The notes under the pieces: generated by a model | Databases searched by the model: none | The model's input: the letters and a program-made list of their open reading frames with translations, nothing else | What the model was told of the DNA's origin: nothing | Position numbers and translations under genes: made by a program | Part shown: positions 9,064-19,695 of the stretch, piece after piece | How positions within the stretch are numbered: position 1 is the stretch's first letter | How the letters are laid out: every line of letters begins with the position of its first letter | From: Clostridium sp. CAG:440 | GTDB lineage: Bacteria > Bacillota > Clostridia > TANB77 > CAG-508 | Reading direction: 5' to 3' | DNA length: 64,000 nucleotides | NCBI GenBank assembly: GCA_000437215.1 | Contig: FR898644.1 | Coordinates: 229-64,228, forward strand

Positions 9064-10665
9064 ATGAAAAGCAAATGGCCTAAATATTTATTTATATTAG
9101 TACTAATTGGAATAGTAATATTTGCATATTTTAAAATTAAAGGTGAAGAAGAAATAAAAAAACAGCAAGAATATAGTAGTTCATCTCAGAATGAAGAAAA
9201 AATTAAAGAAATAACTATAGGAATTGCACAATTTGATACAATAAACCCAATAATTAGTAATAACAAGAATGTACAAAGTATAAGTAGATTAATATATGAA
9301 CCATTAGTAAATTTAACAAAAGATTACAAACCAGAAGCAGCACTTGCAAAAGAATGGGCAAAGCAAGATGAAAAAACATATATAATAAAAATTAGAGATG
9401 ATGTAAAATGGTCAAATGGTTCTAAGTTTACCTCAGAAGATGTACGTTTTACTATAGATAAAATAAAAACAGATGAAAATGTAACATCAATTTATGCATA
9501 TAATGTACAATATGTATCAGGGGTAGATATTGTTGATGACTATACTTTAAATATTCATTTGTCACAGGAAGTTCCTTTTTTTGAATATTATTTAACATTC
9601 CCAATATTATCAAAAGATTACTATGAAGGAGAGGTTTTTTCAAATACTAATAAAAACCTAAATCCAGTGGGAACAGGAAAATACAAAATTGTAAATGCTG
9701 AGACATCATATATTACATTGGAAAAAAATGATAATTGGTGGAATTCAAAAAATATAGGATTATCACTAGAAAAAATAAATATAAATTTATATTCTTCAGT
9801 TGGGGAATTATATAACAGTTTTAAAACAGGAAATATTGATCTATTAGCAACAGATAATAGTAATTTTAATGATTATATAGGTACAATAGGATATAATTTA
9901 AAAGAAGTAAGGGGCAGAGAACATATATTTTTAGCATTAAATACAACAAGCAATATATTATCAGACTTAACGGTAAGGAAAGCAATTGCGGAGTCTATTG
10001 ATAAAACAAGTATTACTTCAAATGTTTATGGCAATAAATATTATACTTGTAATTTCCCTTTAGAGTATGGTTCTTGGTTGTATAATAGTAGTAAAAATTC
10101 GAATATAAATTACAATTTAGAACAAGCAAAACAAGAATTAGTAGATAATGGATGGAGTTATAAAAATCAGTCTTGGCAAAAGTATTTGAATAATAAAACA
10201 CAAAAAATATCTTTAAATTTTGTTGTAAAGGCTAGTGATGAAAGCAAAAAAGCAGTTGCTGAAAATATAAAAACACAATTAGAAAATCAAGGTATAAGAA
10301 TAAATTTAATTTACGCGTCAGATACACAATATGAAAGCTATTTACAAAATAAAAATTATGATATCATATTATGTAGTAATTATTTAGGAATCTCACCAGA
10401 CATGACAACATTTTTCGGAGAAGGAAATTTAGCAAATTATTCAAACGAAGAAATTACTCAGATTATGAATGAAGTAAAAAATACAACAGACGAAAAAATA
10501 TTAAAAGAAAAATATGAAAAATTAGAACAAATATATAACACACAAATACCATATATTAGCCTGGCTAATAGTAAATACAATGTTTTGTATAATTCAAATT
10601 TAGTAGGGGATGTATCACCAAATTGGTACAATGTATTTTACAATATAGAAGGATGGTATAAATAA
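9064..10665 (+). CDS. ABC transporter substrate-binding protein, family 5 (Opp/Dpp/Nik-like), N-terminal TM anchor
   Basis: 533 aa. TM helix YLFILVLIGIVIFAYF, then LVNLTKDYKPEAALAKEW..IRDDVKWSNGSKFTSEDVRFT, typical of SBP_bac_5. No lipobox Cys and no adjacent permease or ATPase genes. Confidence 0.75.
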   Translation: MKSKWPKYLFILVLIGIVIFAYFKIKGEEEIKKQQEYSSSSQNEEKIKEITIGIAQFDTINPIISNNKNVQSISRLIYEPLVNLTKDYKPEAALAKEWAKQDEKTYIIKIRDDVKWSNGSKFTSEDVRFTIDKIKTDENVTSIYAYNVQYVSGVDIVDDYTLNIHLSQEVPFFEYYLTFPILSKDYYEGEVFSNTNKNLNPVGTGKYKIVNAETSYITLEKNDNWWNSKNIGLSLEKININLYSSVGELYNSFKTGNIDLLATDNSNFNDYIGTIGYNLKEVRGREHIFLALNTTSNILSDLTVRKAIAESIDKTSITSNVYGNKYYTCNFPLEYGSWLYNSSKNSNINYNLEQAKQELVDNGWSYKNQSWQKYLNNKTQKISLNFVVKASDESKKAVAENIKTQLENQGIRINLIYASDTQYESYLQNKNYDIILCSNYLGISPDMTTFFGEGNLANYSNEEITQIMNEVKNTTDEKILKEKYEKLEQIYNTQIPYISLANSKYNVLYNSNLVGDVSPNWYNVFYNIEGWYK

Positions 10666-10679
10666 AAATAAAAAAATAC

Positions 10680-10729
10680 TTGACAAAACAAAAATTTGGT
10701 ATATAATACATTTGTCAAACAAAAGTTCA
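10680..10729 (+). promoter_or_regulatory. recA promoter with possible degenerate LexA (Cheo-like) box
   Basis: TTGACA 10680-10685, 16-nt spacer, TATAAT 10702-10707. CAAAC-AAAA-GTTCA at 10716-10729 resembles CGAAC-N4-GTTCG with 2 mismatches. Confidence 0.45.
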
Positions 10730-10749
10730 TAAAAATAAGGAGGAAAAAC

Positions 10750-11796
10750 ATGAGCGAAAATTTAGAAAAAAAGAAAGCACTAGAGATGGCAATGAGTCAA
10801 ATAGAAAAACAATTTGGAAAAGGTTCTGTAATGAAATTAGGAGAATTTAAAGCAATGGAAGTAGAAGCAATACCAACAGGAGCTTTAAGTTTGGATATGG
10901 CATTAGGAATAGGAGGAGTACCAAGAGGTAGAATTATAGAAGTATTTGGTCCTGAATCATCAGGAAAAACTACACTTGCACTTCATATAGTTGCAGAAGC
11001 ACAAAAAATGGGTGGAGATGCAGCATTTATAGATGCAGAACATGCATTAGATCCAGTATATGCAAAAAAATTAGGTGTTGATATAGATAATTTAATAGTG
11101 TCACAACCAGACACAGGAGAGCAAGCATTAGAAATTACAGAAAGCTTAGTTAGAAGTGGAGCTTTAGATGTAATAGTAGTAGACTCTGTTGCAGCTTTAG
11201 TTCCAAAAGCAGAAATAGATGGTGACATGGGTGATTCACATATGGGACTACAAGCAAGACTTATGTCACAAGCACTAAGAAAATTAACAGGAGCTTTAAA
11301 TAAAACAAAAACAGTATTGATTTTTATAAATCAATTAAGAGAAAAAATAGGAGTAATGTTTGGAAATCCTGAAACAACAACAGGAGGAAGGGCTCTAAAA
11401 TTCTATGCCTCAGTTAGACTTGATATAAGAAAAATTGAAAATATTAAGCAAGATGGTGAAGTAAAAGGAAATAGAGTAAGAGTAAAAGTAATAAAAAATA
11501 AGGTTGCACCACCATTTAGAGAAGCAGAATTTGATGTTGTGTATGGAGAAGGAATATCAAAAGCAGGTAATATTTTAGATATGGCAGTAAATCTAGACAT
11601 AATAGAAAAAAGCGGTTCATGGTTTAGTTATAATGGAGAAAGAATAGGACAAGGAAGAGAAAATGTAAAAAGATACTTAAAAGAAAATCCAAAACTATTA
11701 GAAGAAGTAGAAAGCAAAGTAAGAGCTAATTTTGCAAAAGCATTTGAAGAAAGTTTAGGAGAAGAATTACCATCAATAGAAGAAGATGAAGAATAA
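10750..11796 (+). CDS. recA: recombinase RecA
   Basis: [16 protein letters not shown] Walker [43 protein letters not shown] 10750 follows AGGAGG. Confidence 0.97.
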   Translation: MSENLEKKKALEMAMSQIEKQFGKGSVMKLGEFKAMEVEAIPTGALSLDMALGIGGVPRGRIIEVFGPESSGKTTLALHIVAEAQKMGGDAAFIDAEHALDPVYAKKLGVDIDNLIVSQPDTGEQALEITESLVRSGALDVIVVDSVAALVPKAEIDGDMGDSHMGLQARLMSQALRKLTGALNKTKTVLIFINQLREKIGVMFGNPETTTGGRALKFYASVRLDIRKIENIKQDGEVKGNRVRVKVIKNKVAPPFREAEFDVVYGEGISKAGNILDMAVNLDIIEKSGSWFSYNGERIGQGRENVKRYLKENPKLLEEVESKVRANFAKAFEESLGEELPSIEEDEE

Positions 11797-11814
11797 TATG
11801 AAAGAAGGCAACCT

Positions 11815-12270
11815 ATGTATTCAAAAGAAGAATTTGACAAAGAAAAAACAAAAGTATTAAAATATATATTATACAAAAAAAGAAGTGAATATGAAATAAG
11901 AAATAAGTTTTCTAAAAGCATAGAAGAAAATTTATTAGATGATATAATAGAATACTTAAAAGAAGCTAAATACATAGATGATGGACAATTTATAGAAAAA
12001 ACAATAAACAATTTTATGATACTAAAAAACTTATCAATAAAAGAAATACAATATAAATTAATATCAAAAGGGTTAAATAAAAATCTAATAGAAGACTATA
12101 TATATAATGAAAATGAAGAATTAAACAATTATGAAATAAAATCTGCAAAGAATATTATATATAAAAAATCAAATACAATGGAACTAGAAGATATAAAAAC
12201 ATATTTGATAAAAAAAGGTTATAAAATAGAAAATATAAATTCTGCTATAGAGCAATATAAAGATGAATAA
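11815..12270 (+). CDS. recX: recombination regulator RecX
   Basis: 151-aa helical-repeat protein directly downstream of recA. KVLKYILYKKRSEYEIRNKF and YIDDGQFIEK resemble RecX repeats. Confidence 0.65.
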   Translation: MYSKEEFDKEKTKVLKYILYKKRSEYEIRNKFSKSIEENLLDDIIEYLKEAKYIDDGQFIEKTINNFMILKNLSIKEIQYKLISKGLNKNLIEDYIYNENEELNNYEIKSAKNIIYKKSNTMELEDIKTYLIKKGYKIENINSAIEQYKDE

Positions 12271-12278
12271 AAGAGAGG

Positions 12279-13046
12279 ATGTTAATAAAAATGGCAATTT
12301 TGACATTAGAAACAAAACAATATGCAATAAAAATAGAAAATTTTGAGGGACCCCTTGATTTATTATGTCATTTAATAGATAAAAACAAAATGAACATATA
12401 TGACATAAATTTAAGTGAAATAACAGATCAGTACATAAAATATTTAAATGAAATGGAAAAATTAAATTTAGAAATTGCAAGTGAATTTTTAGTTATGGCC
12501 TCTACTCTTTTATATTTAAAATCAAAAAAATTACTTCCAAAACAAAACGAGGAAGAAGAAGAATTAACTGAAGAAGAGCTAATAAACAGAATTATAGAAT
12601 ACAAAAAATTTAAAGAAATAAGTAAAACTTTAAAACAAAACTATTTAATGTATTCTAATAGATTCTTTAAAGGACAAGAAGAAATAGAATTACCAAAAAA
12701 ACAGTTGGAAATAAATTATGAAAAATCACTAATTCCTGAGCTATATAAAAATTTGATAGAGAGAAATAGTGTAAAAATAAATCAAAATGCAAAAAATATA
12801 GAAAAAATTGCAATAGTAGAAAATTATACAGTATCAAGCAAAGTAAAAGAAATGCTAAAAGTATTAATAAAGCAAAAAAAGTTTATATTTAATAAATTAT
12901 TTTCAATAAAAAAGAAAAACAAACAAGAAGTAGTAACAGCATTTAGTGGATTATTAGAATTATCTAGAAGAAGTAAAGTATCTACAAATCAAGAGGAATT
13001 ATTTGGAAATATTTTAGTAGAGAAAAAGAATAAAAATATTTCGTAA
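12279..13046 (+). CDS. scpA: segregation and condensation protein A
   Basis: FEGPLDLLCHLIDKNKMNIYDINLSEITDQYIKYL is the ScpA N-terminal signature. Start may be ATG 12291. Confidence 0.85.
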   Translation: MLIKMAILTLETKQYAIKIENFEGPLDLLCHLIDKNKMNIYDINLSEITDQYIKYLNEMEKLNLEIASEFLVMASTLLYLKSKKLLPKQNEEEEELTEEELINRIIEYKKFKEISKTLKQNYLMYSNRFFKGQEEIELPKKQLEINYEKSLIPELYKNLIERNSVKINQNAKNIEKIAIVENYTVSSKVKEMLKVLIKQKKFIFNKLFSIKKKNKQEVVTAFSGLLELSRRSKVSTNQEELFGNILVEKKNKNIS

Positions 13047-13106
13047 AAGGTTTATAAAAGAAATTTTTGGAAAAACTAATATAAAGTCTATAAGGAGGAC
13101 AAAATA

Positions 13107-13724
13107 TTGGTTTTTCTTTTTATATTATTAACTATTATAATAGTTTTAATATTTTCAAAAATACAAGTAGAAATAGAAAATTTTAGATTAAATTTGCCAA
13201 AAAATAAAAACAAGATATTAAATGATACTTTTTTGTTCAAAATAAAATTAGTTATTTTTGGGACATTGCCAATAATAAACTTAAAAATAAACAGGGAAAA
13301 ATTAAAAAAATTAGAGAATAATTTAAAAGACAAAAAAATAAAACTAGATATAAATAAAATTGGAAAACAAATAACTAAAGAAAATATTAATGATGCAAAA
13401 AAATTACAAATGCACATAGAAAAGATTAAGCTAAAAATTAATTTTGGAACAGAAAATACAATATTAACGTCTTTTATTGTCCCAATAATAAGCACAATTT
13501 GGAGTATAGTTCTTACTAAGAAGAGAGTTAAAGAAGAAAAACAAAGGCTAGAAATAAATCCAATTTATAATAAAGGAAATTTGGTAAATATAGTATTTGA
13601 GGGTATATTTGAGATAAAAATGATACATATTATAAAAGTAATATGCGCTAAAATAAAGAAAAGGAGAGTGGAAAAGTATGAGCGAACATCCAATAGAAGG
13701 GCTTATGACTACAGCTATGAGTAG
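13107..13724 (+). CDS. DUF2953-like (YtfI-like) sporulation-associated membrane protein
   Basis: TTG start after AGGAGG, N-terminal TM helix, located immediately upstream of ytfJ as in other spore formers. Confidence 0.5.
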   Translation: MVFLFILLTIIIVLIFSKIQVEIENFRLNLPKNKNKILNDTFLFKIKLVIFGTLPIINLKINREKLKKLENNLKDKKIKLDINKIGKQITKENINDAKKLQMHIEKIKLKINFGTENTILTSFIVPIISTIWSIVLTKKRVKEEKQRLEINPIYNKGNLVNIVFEGIFEIKMIHIIKVICAKIKKRRVEKYERTSNRRAYDYSYE

Positions 13725-14319
13725 CATACAAGATATGATAGATGTAAATACTATAATAGGGGAACCAATAGAAACATCTAATAATATAGTTATTATTCCA
13801 ATATCAAAGGTTAGTTTTGGTTTTGCAGCAGGAGGAAGCGAATTTTCTGGAGAAACAATAGATGAATACTCAAAAAAAGACAAAGAGGAGCAAATACAAT
13901 ATAGGTTACCGTTTGGAGGAGGAAGTGGAGCAGGAGTTACAATAAACCCAATTGCGTTTATTGTAATATCACAAAATAATGTAAAATTATTACCAGTAAA
14001 TCATTCGTCATCAATAGATAAAATTTTAGACTATATACCAGATTTAATAGAAAAAACAAATAATATAATGAATAGATGTATTAGTAACAAAAAACAGGAA
14101 ACACAAGAAATATTAAAACAAATGAAACAAAATACAAAAAAACAAGAAAGAATTGAAAAAAAACAAGAAAAGCAGACAGAAAATATAGAAAACACTATGA
14201 AAAAAATAGAACAAGATAAAAAGAAAAACAATCCAAACAAAAGTAATACAGAATATGAATTTGAATATGATGATACTAATTTTGACAATGATGAATTTGA
14301 AGATTATGAAGATGAGTAA
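13678..14319 (+). CDS. ytfJ: GerW/YtfJ family sporulation protein with long K/E/Q-rich and acidic C-terminal tail
   Basis: HPIEGLMTTAMSSIQDMIDVNTIIGEPIE..IIPISKVSFGFAAGGSEF..LPFGGGSGAGVTINPIAFIV is the YtfJ core. About 70 extra residues follow. Confidence 0.85.
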   Translation: MSEHPIEGLMTTAMSSIQDMIDVNTIIGEPIETSNNIVIIPISKVSFGFAAGGSEFSGETIDEYSKKDKEEQIQYRLPFGGGSGAGVTINPIAFIVISQNNVKLLPVNHSSSIDKILDYIPDLIEKTNNIMNRCISNKKQETQEILKQMKQNTKKQERIEKKQEKQTENIENTMKKIEQDKKKNNPNKSNTEYEFEYDDTNFDNDEFEDYEDE

Positions 14320-14346
14320 TAAAATTTAAAGTATTACAAATAAAAA

Positions 14347-14380
14347 ACAATTCAAAGTTATAATTATAACTTTGAATTGT
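14347..14380 (+). terminator. terminator hairpin after ytfJ
   Basis: Perfect 16-bp inverted repeat ACAATTCAAAGTTATA / TATAACTTTGAATTGT. Confidence 0.7.
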
Positions 14381-14471
14381 AACTATATAAATGAACAAAT
14401 GCTAAGACAAATAAATAAGTTCATTGTCTATTTTGTGTATTTATGTTATAATCTGCATTAAGGTGATTTTA

Positions 14472-15644
14472 ATGAAAGATTTATTTAAAAATTATGCAGC
14501 AAATAGCAATAATTTAAAATGGGCAAATATGATAAAAAGAGAAGAAAAATTATATTCTAGGGGAAATGATATACGTTCAGAGTTTGAAAGGGATTATACA
14601 AGAGTAATACATAGTAATGCTTATAGAAGACAAAAACATAAAACACAGGTATTTTTTTCGCCTGAAAATGATCATATTTGTACAAGAATTGAACATGTTA
14701 CATATGTTGAATCTATTAGTTATACAATAGCTAAATATTTGGGGTTAAATGTAGAATTAACACGAGCTATAGCAATAGCTCATGATATAGGACATAGTCC
14801 TTTTGGTCATCAAGGTGAAAAAATTTTGTCTGAAATATCAAAAAGAGATTTAGGAAAAACGTTTTGGCATGAAAAAAATGGATTAGAGTTTGTTGATAAA
14901 ATAGAATTATTAGAAGATAAGTCTAAAAATATGCAAAATTTAAATTTAACATATGCAGTAAGAGATGGAATAATATCTCATTGTGGGGAGATTGATGAAA
15001 ATAAATTAAAACCAAGAGATGAATATATAGATTTAAATAGTTATTCTAAACCTAACCAATATGCTCCATATACATGGGAGGGGTGTGTAGTAAAAATTGC
15101 TGATAAAATTTCTTATTTAGGAAGAGACATAGAAGATGCTATAACCCTGGGAATATTAGATGAACATTTGGATGATTTATATAAAATACTAAACAAAAAC
15201 AAAAGTGAGGTAATAAACAATACTGTTATTATAAATAGTTTGATATATGATTTATGCAATAATTCATCACCAGAAAAAGGACTATGTTTTTCAGAAGAAA
15301 TATTTGAATTAATAAAAGAAATAAAAGATTTTAATTACAAATATATATATTTATCTGAAAGGCTTAAACCATCAACAAAATATTTTGAATTAGTATTAAA
15401 TCAAATTTATGACACATTAAATAATTCAAAAGAAAATTTAAAAAGGTTTTATCCAGAATTATTTAAAGATTTTGAAGATTGGCTATCTTATTATTGGAAT
15501 TTACCAAGAAATAAAAATGCTAAAAATAAGGCTATATTTGATTTAAATGATAGGAAATCATATAGCCAAGCAATAATTTATTATATAGCTGGGATGACAG
15601 ATAATTATGCAATTGATATGTATAATAAAATTGTTGGATTTTAA
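14472..15644 (+). CDS. dGTP triphosphohydrolase-like HD-domain protein
   Basis: RSEFERDYTRVIHSNAYRRQKHKTQVF and IAHDIGHSPFGHQGE HD motif. ATG 14472 (MKDLFKNY). Confidence 0.8.
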   Translation: MKDLFKNYAANSNNLKWANMIKREEKLYSRGNDIRSEFERDYTRVIHSNAYRRQKHKTQVFFSPENDHICTRIEHVTYVESISYTIAKYLGLNVELTRAIAIAHDIGHSPFGHQGEKILSEISKRDLGKTFWHEKNGLEFVDKIELLEDKSKNMQNLNLTYAVRDGIISHCGEIDENKLKPRDEYIDLNSYSKPNQYAPYTWEGCVVKIADKISYLGRDIEDAITLGILDEHLDDLYKILNKNKSEVINNTVIINSLIYDLCNNSSPEKGLCFSEEIFELIKEIKDFNYKYIYLSERLKPSTKYFELVLNQIYDTLNNSKENLKRFYPELFKDFEDWLSYYWNLPRNKNAKNKAIFDLNDRKSYSQAIIYYIAGMTDNYAIDMYNKIVGF

Positions 15645-15668
15645 AACCCAAAATTAATATTTTAATTT

Positions 15669-15705
15669 AAATGCCACATTTTTTAGTCAAATTATTGTGG
15701 CATTT
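15669..15705. terminator. bidirectional terminator between convergent genes
   Basis: AAATGCCACA..TGTGGCATTT hairpin. Confidence 0.7.
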
Positions 15706-15737
15706 AAATATTTAATTTTATTTAATATATAAAATGC

Positions 15738-16544
15738 TTATGTTCTTAATAAATTGATCCATTTGTAAATTATTTGTTTTGACATTGTAAAAATAGTGGT
15801 TTTATCAACATCATTTGAAGCTATAATGTTCGTGGTAGACAATGTATCTCCATTTAATGAATATGTGGCAGTACCAACTACTTGCCCCTTGTGGATAGGT
15901 GCAGTTATTGGATTAATTGTTATAGTTTGCTCAATCTTATTTTCATTTCCTTTTTCTATTAAACATCCAGAAGTTTCTTCAAATTCAACATTAACAGTAC
16001 TTTTAACTCCTTTGTTAACATTTATAGTGTTTACAATATCCCCCTTTTTGGCAAATTGTTTGAAAGAAAATTTGCTAAAACCATAATCTAAAAGTTTTGT
16101 AGCTTCTGCAAATCTTACTTTTGTTGAAGGAGCTTTCATAATAACAGCAATTAATGATAAATCATCACGAGTTGCACTTGCTGATAAATTATATAAAGCA
16201 AGTGATGTTGAACCTGTTTTTAGGCCTGTTGCGCCTTTATAAGTTCTAATTAATTTATTTGTATTTACTAATTGTGATTTTCCATCACGCAAACTATCCA
16301 TATATATAGTAGTATATTTTGTTACCTGAGGGTATTTGGTTAAAAGTTCTCTAGACATTAAACTAATATCATAACTAGAGGATATATGACCATCTTCGTC
16401 AATTCCATGGCAATTTTTAAAACAAGTATCATTCATCCCAAGTTCTTTTGCTTTGTCATTCATCATTTTAACAAAAGATTCTTCTGAACCTGCAATATGC
16501 TCTGCCATGGCAACAACACAATCATAGACTGTACAATTTAGACA
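15738..16544 (-). pseudogene. serine-type D-Ala-D-Ala carboxypeptidase (peptidase S11, PBP5-like), 5'-truncated
   Basis: The retained 256 aa start at AEHIAGSEESFVKMMNDKAKELGM and include KTGST and the C-terminal beta domain. Signal peptide and SxxK region are absent. Upstream in-frame codons (..YDCVVA) hit a TAG at 16545-16547. Confidence 0.75.
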
Positions 16545-16660
16545 CTATTCAGAAGTATTGAAAAATAAGAAAAAATTGATTATAAACACCTATAAAAAAG
16601 CTACTATTTTTTGGTAGTTTTTTTATTTTTGGTAAAAAAAGAAAAAGAGGTGAAGAAAGA

Positions 16661-16762
16661 ATGTGGCAATTTATGTTAGGAATTTTTATAGGTGCTAATG
16701 TTTCATTATTTTTATATGCAATAATACTTGCAGGAAAAAAAGGTGAAATACATTATGAATGA
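16661..16762 (+). CDS. small hydrophobic protein (33 aa)
   Basis: AGAGGTG RBS then ATG 16661; MWQFMLGIFIGANVSLFLYAIILAGKK. Not in the track (too short). Confidence 0.3.
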   Translation: MWQFMLGIFIGANVSLFLYAIILAGKKGEIHYE

Positions 16763-17561
16763 AGAAAACAAAATAGGATATTATGCAATTATTCCAGCTA
16801 CTGTTTTGTTTAATGAAAAGATTAAGGCAAATGAAAAACTATTATATGCGATAATAACAGTCTTATCTAATAAAGAAGGTTATTGTTATGCATCCAATGG
16901 TTATCTAGGTAGATTGTTAAATGCAAAGCCACATACAGTTTCAAAATGGGTATCACATTTAAAAGAATTAGAATTTGTATGTTTGGATATGATTAGGAAT
17001 GATAAAGGTGAAATTATACAAAGACGAATTTATCCTAATGACACACCCTATACGATAAATAGGACATACCCCTATTCGATAGAAAGGACAGAGGGTATGT
17101 CCCAAAAAGGACAGTATAATAATATAATAGATAATAATATAAATAATAAGATAGATAGATTATTTTATTATATATTAGATGAAGAAAAAGAAATTCCAGA
17201 GGAATTTATAAATGTTGAATATAATGAAATAATTGTTGCTTTAAAAAGGTATGACATGCTTTATTCAAAAGAAAGTATGCAATATATATCAGCTGAAAAT
17301 TTAGATAAAATAAAAAATATAACATATATTATTGCATTAATAGTCAAAAATAAGCTGTTCTATTTATCAAACAAAGTTAGTAGAGATAAGATGATTCAAG
17401 TATATAATGATTGCAAAAATAGAGAGAATCAATATAAAGGAACAGATAATCAAATTGAAAATTTTATTAATTATTATTATAAGAGTATAGAAAATGAACT
17501 TACGAAGGATGTAACAACCCCTTCTTTTTTTATGCCAGATAATAGTGAAATAGAAATTTAA
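16755..17561 (+). CDS. replication-initiator-like winged-HTH protein
   Basis: GYYAIIPATVLFNEKIKANEKLLYAIITVLSNKEGYCYASNGYLGRLLNAKPHTVSKWVSHLKE is typical of plasmid/phage Rep N-terminal HTH domains. Start is probably ATG 16755. Confidence 0.5.
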   Translation: MNEENKIGYYAIIPATVLFNEKIKANEKLLYAIITVLSNKEGYCYASNGYLGRLLNAKPHTVSKWVSHLKELEFVCLDMIRNDKGEIIQRRIYPNDTPYTINRTYPYSIERTEGMSQKGQYNNIIDNNINNKIDRLFYYILDEEKEIPEEFINVEYNEIIVALKRYDMLYSKESMQYISAENLDKIKNITYIIALIVKNKLFYLSNKVSRDKMIQVYNDCKNRENQYKGTDNQIENFINYYYKSIENELTKDVTTPSFFMPDNSEIEI

Positions 17562-17642
17562 TATATAGTAAAGGAGGTGGTGCGTATGCTGTATTCATAG
17601 AATCTTAAAATATTGTAAACTATTAATAAAGGAGGAATTAGT

Positions 17643-17960
17643 TTGAAAATTTACAAAGTAATATATTCAAGTATTTATCTCGAAGAAGGGGATAAGACAA
17701 CCGATGTGAAAGTATTTTTAAGTAAAGATGTGGCACTAAATTATATAAAAAAGCAAATCAAAGAGATAAAGAAAGAAGTAGATGATTTGGAAGATTATTG
17801 TGTGGAGGAAACAGAAAATTCTTACGAAAGATATTTAGATGGTCGTTCAGCAGAAGATTCGGTAGAAATTTGGCTAGAAGAGGACGAATTTTATGATGAA
17901 ATTGAATTACTAGAAGAAAAATCAAAGCAACAAGAGGAAGAAAAAGAATATGAAGTGTAA
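17643..17960 (+). CDS. hypothetical highly acidic protein
   Basis: 105-aa ORF, TTG start after GGAGG, Glu/Asp-rich. Confidence 0.4.
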   Translation: MKIYKVIYSSIYLEEGDKTTDVKVFLSKDVALNYIKKQIKEIKKEVDDLEDYCVEETENSYERYLDGRSAEDSVEIWLEEDEFYDEIELLEEKSKQQEEEKEYEV

Positions 17961-18669
17961 AAAGATCTTTATTATAATACTAATTTTAATATTTTTAGTT
18001 GTATTTTTAATATCTATTTATATTTTGTTGAAAAATTTACAAGAATTAAATGAAAATAATGAAAATACAGAGAATTTAATAGAGGAAACAATAAAAATAG
18101 ATGAAGAAACACAAGAAAAAAGAATTGATTGGAATTATCTAAAAAATATAAATGAAAATATAATTGCTTGGATAGAAATAGAAGGTACAAATATAAATTA
18201 TCCAATTCTAAAAGATGATAGTTTATACTACCTTAAACATTCATTTGACAAGAAATATAATAGTAATGGTTCTATATTTACTACAAATTTATTTCCATTT
18301 GAAGATGATGAAACAATAGTATATGGGCATAATATGAGAAATGGAAGTATGTTTTCAAAACTAGAAAATTACATGAATAAAGACTTTCTTTATTCTCATT
18401 CTAAGTTTAAAATATATACACCTAATGGAAATTATGAAGCGAAAATATTTAGCATATATTCAATTGGAATAGATATAGAAAAACAAAATATTAAATTGCT
18501 TGATTTTGACGAGAGATTGATATACTATAAAAATGCTAGTAAATACAAAATTGAAAATAATGAAAATATTAATAAAATAGTTAAATTATCTACTTGTTCT
18601 TATATAAATGCAAAAACAAGACCAACAGATCAAAGATATTATATTATTGCTAGTTTAGTACTGATATAA
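17950..18669 (+). CDS. srtB: class B sortase
   Basis: N-terminal TM helix, IAWIEIEGTNINYPILKD, VYGHNMRNGSMFSKL, KLSTCSY catalytic Cys motif. Confidence 0.85.
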   Translation: MKCKKIFIIILILIFLVVFLISIYILLKNLQELNENNENTENLIEETIKIDEETQEKRIDWNYLKNINENIIAWIEIEGTNINYPILKDDSLYYLKHSFDKKYNSNGSIFTTNLFPFEDDETIVYGHNMRNGSMFSKLENYMNKDFLYSHSKFKIYTPNGNYEAKIFSIYSIGIDIEKQNIKLLDFDERLIYYKNASKYKIENNENINKIVKLSTCSYINAKTRPTDQRYYIIASLVLI

Positions 18670-18738
18670 AAAGAAATTGTGGAAAATAGCTGACAAATTT
18701 TAAAAATTAAGTTATTATTATAATAGGAGGGATTTATT

Positions 18739-19434
18739 ATGATGAAAAAAAGAATTCCTATAATAATAATTTTAATAGTAATTATTTTAGCAGTTATAAT
18801 AGGTACATATTTTCTATTATATAAAAATGATAATAAAGCTATAACAGAAAATTCAAGTGATATAGATACTATGCAAGAAAATATAGTAAATGATATTTCT
18901 GATGAAACAAATGTAGTGGATAATGAAAGTGAAAATTTAGATAATACTATTACAGAAACAAGTAATGAAAATTTAGAAAAAATTGAAGAAAAGCAAGAAA
19001 GTCAAATAACTACAAAAAATACACAATCATCAAATAAAACACAGAGTAGTTCAGCAAATAATAATTCAAGTACACCAAAGAAAGAAGCTGTAACCAAAAG
19101 TCCAAGTCAAGTGACAAATCCAAAAGCTAATTCTACTGCACAATCATCAAGTGATAAAAGTAGTAGCAAACAGGAAGAAACTAAAACTGAGCCAAAAGTT
19201 GAAAGATGTACTAATAATAACAATCATGGAATGGATATAGGAAATTCTAAAAAATGGTTCAATTCTAAAAATGAGGCTGTTGCATATTATAATGATCAAA
19301 TAAGTTATTGGGGAAATCAATGGGAAAATGAGATGATAGATGATGCAACATATTATAAGAATTGCCCTGCTGGATATGAGATATGGAGTTGTATGTACTG
19401 TGGTAAGTGGACTATAAATTTTTATTACAGATAA
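18739..19434 (+). CDS. membrane-anchored protein with S/T/N-rich linker and Cys-containing C-terminal domain
   Basis: TM helix, low-complexity linker, C-terminal CTNNNNHG..CPAGYEIWSCMYCGKW. Confidence 0.4.
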   Translation: MMKKRIPIIIILIVIILAVIIGTYFLLYKNDNKAITENSSDIDTMQENIVNDISDETNVVDNESENLDNTITETSNENLEKIEEKQESQITTKNTQSSNKTQSSSANNNSSTPKKEAVTKSPSQVTNPKANSTAQSSSDKSSSKQEETKTEPKVERCTNNNNHGMDIGNSKKWFNSKNEAVAYYNDQISYWGNQWENEMIDDATYYKNCPAGYEIWSCMYCGKWTINFYYR

Positions 19435-19491
19435 TTAAATTTTATAAAGGTCAAGATTAAGTTCTTGGCTCTTTTTTTATGGGAGGAAACT

Positions 19492-19695
19492 ATGATAAAA
19501 AGAGTGTTAAGAAAAATTGAAAGATTAAATGCAGAGAAATCTAAATTTATGCAGGAACAGTCTAAGTTACAAAAGCAAATTGATGATATAGAGATTGAAA
19601 TAAAGAATTATACTACTATAAAAAGGGATTATGAAAAACTAGAAAGAAAGTTTAATGATCTAGCCAACACTAGCGAGGTAAAGAAAAATGAATGA
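19492..19695 (+). CDS. hypothetical coiled-coil protein
   Basis: ATG 19492 (MIKRVLRKIERLN) after GGGAGG. The track ORF starts upstream at 19465. Confidence 0.35.
   Translation: MIKRVLRKIERLNAEKSKFMQEQSKLQKQIDDIEIEIKNYTTIKRDYEKLERKFNDLANTSEVKKNE

Noticed and set aside
13678-13724. The 47-nt overlap between the ytfI-like gene and ytfJ as a possible frameshift fusion.
   Set aside because: ytfJ has its own GGAGAG RBS and the family-typical N-terminus MSEHPIEGL. The two families are normally separate adjacent genes, and no CGG is present.
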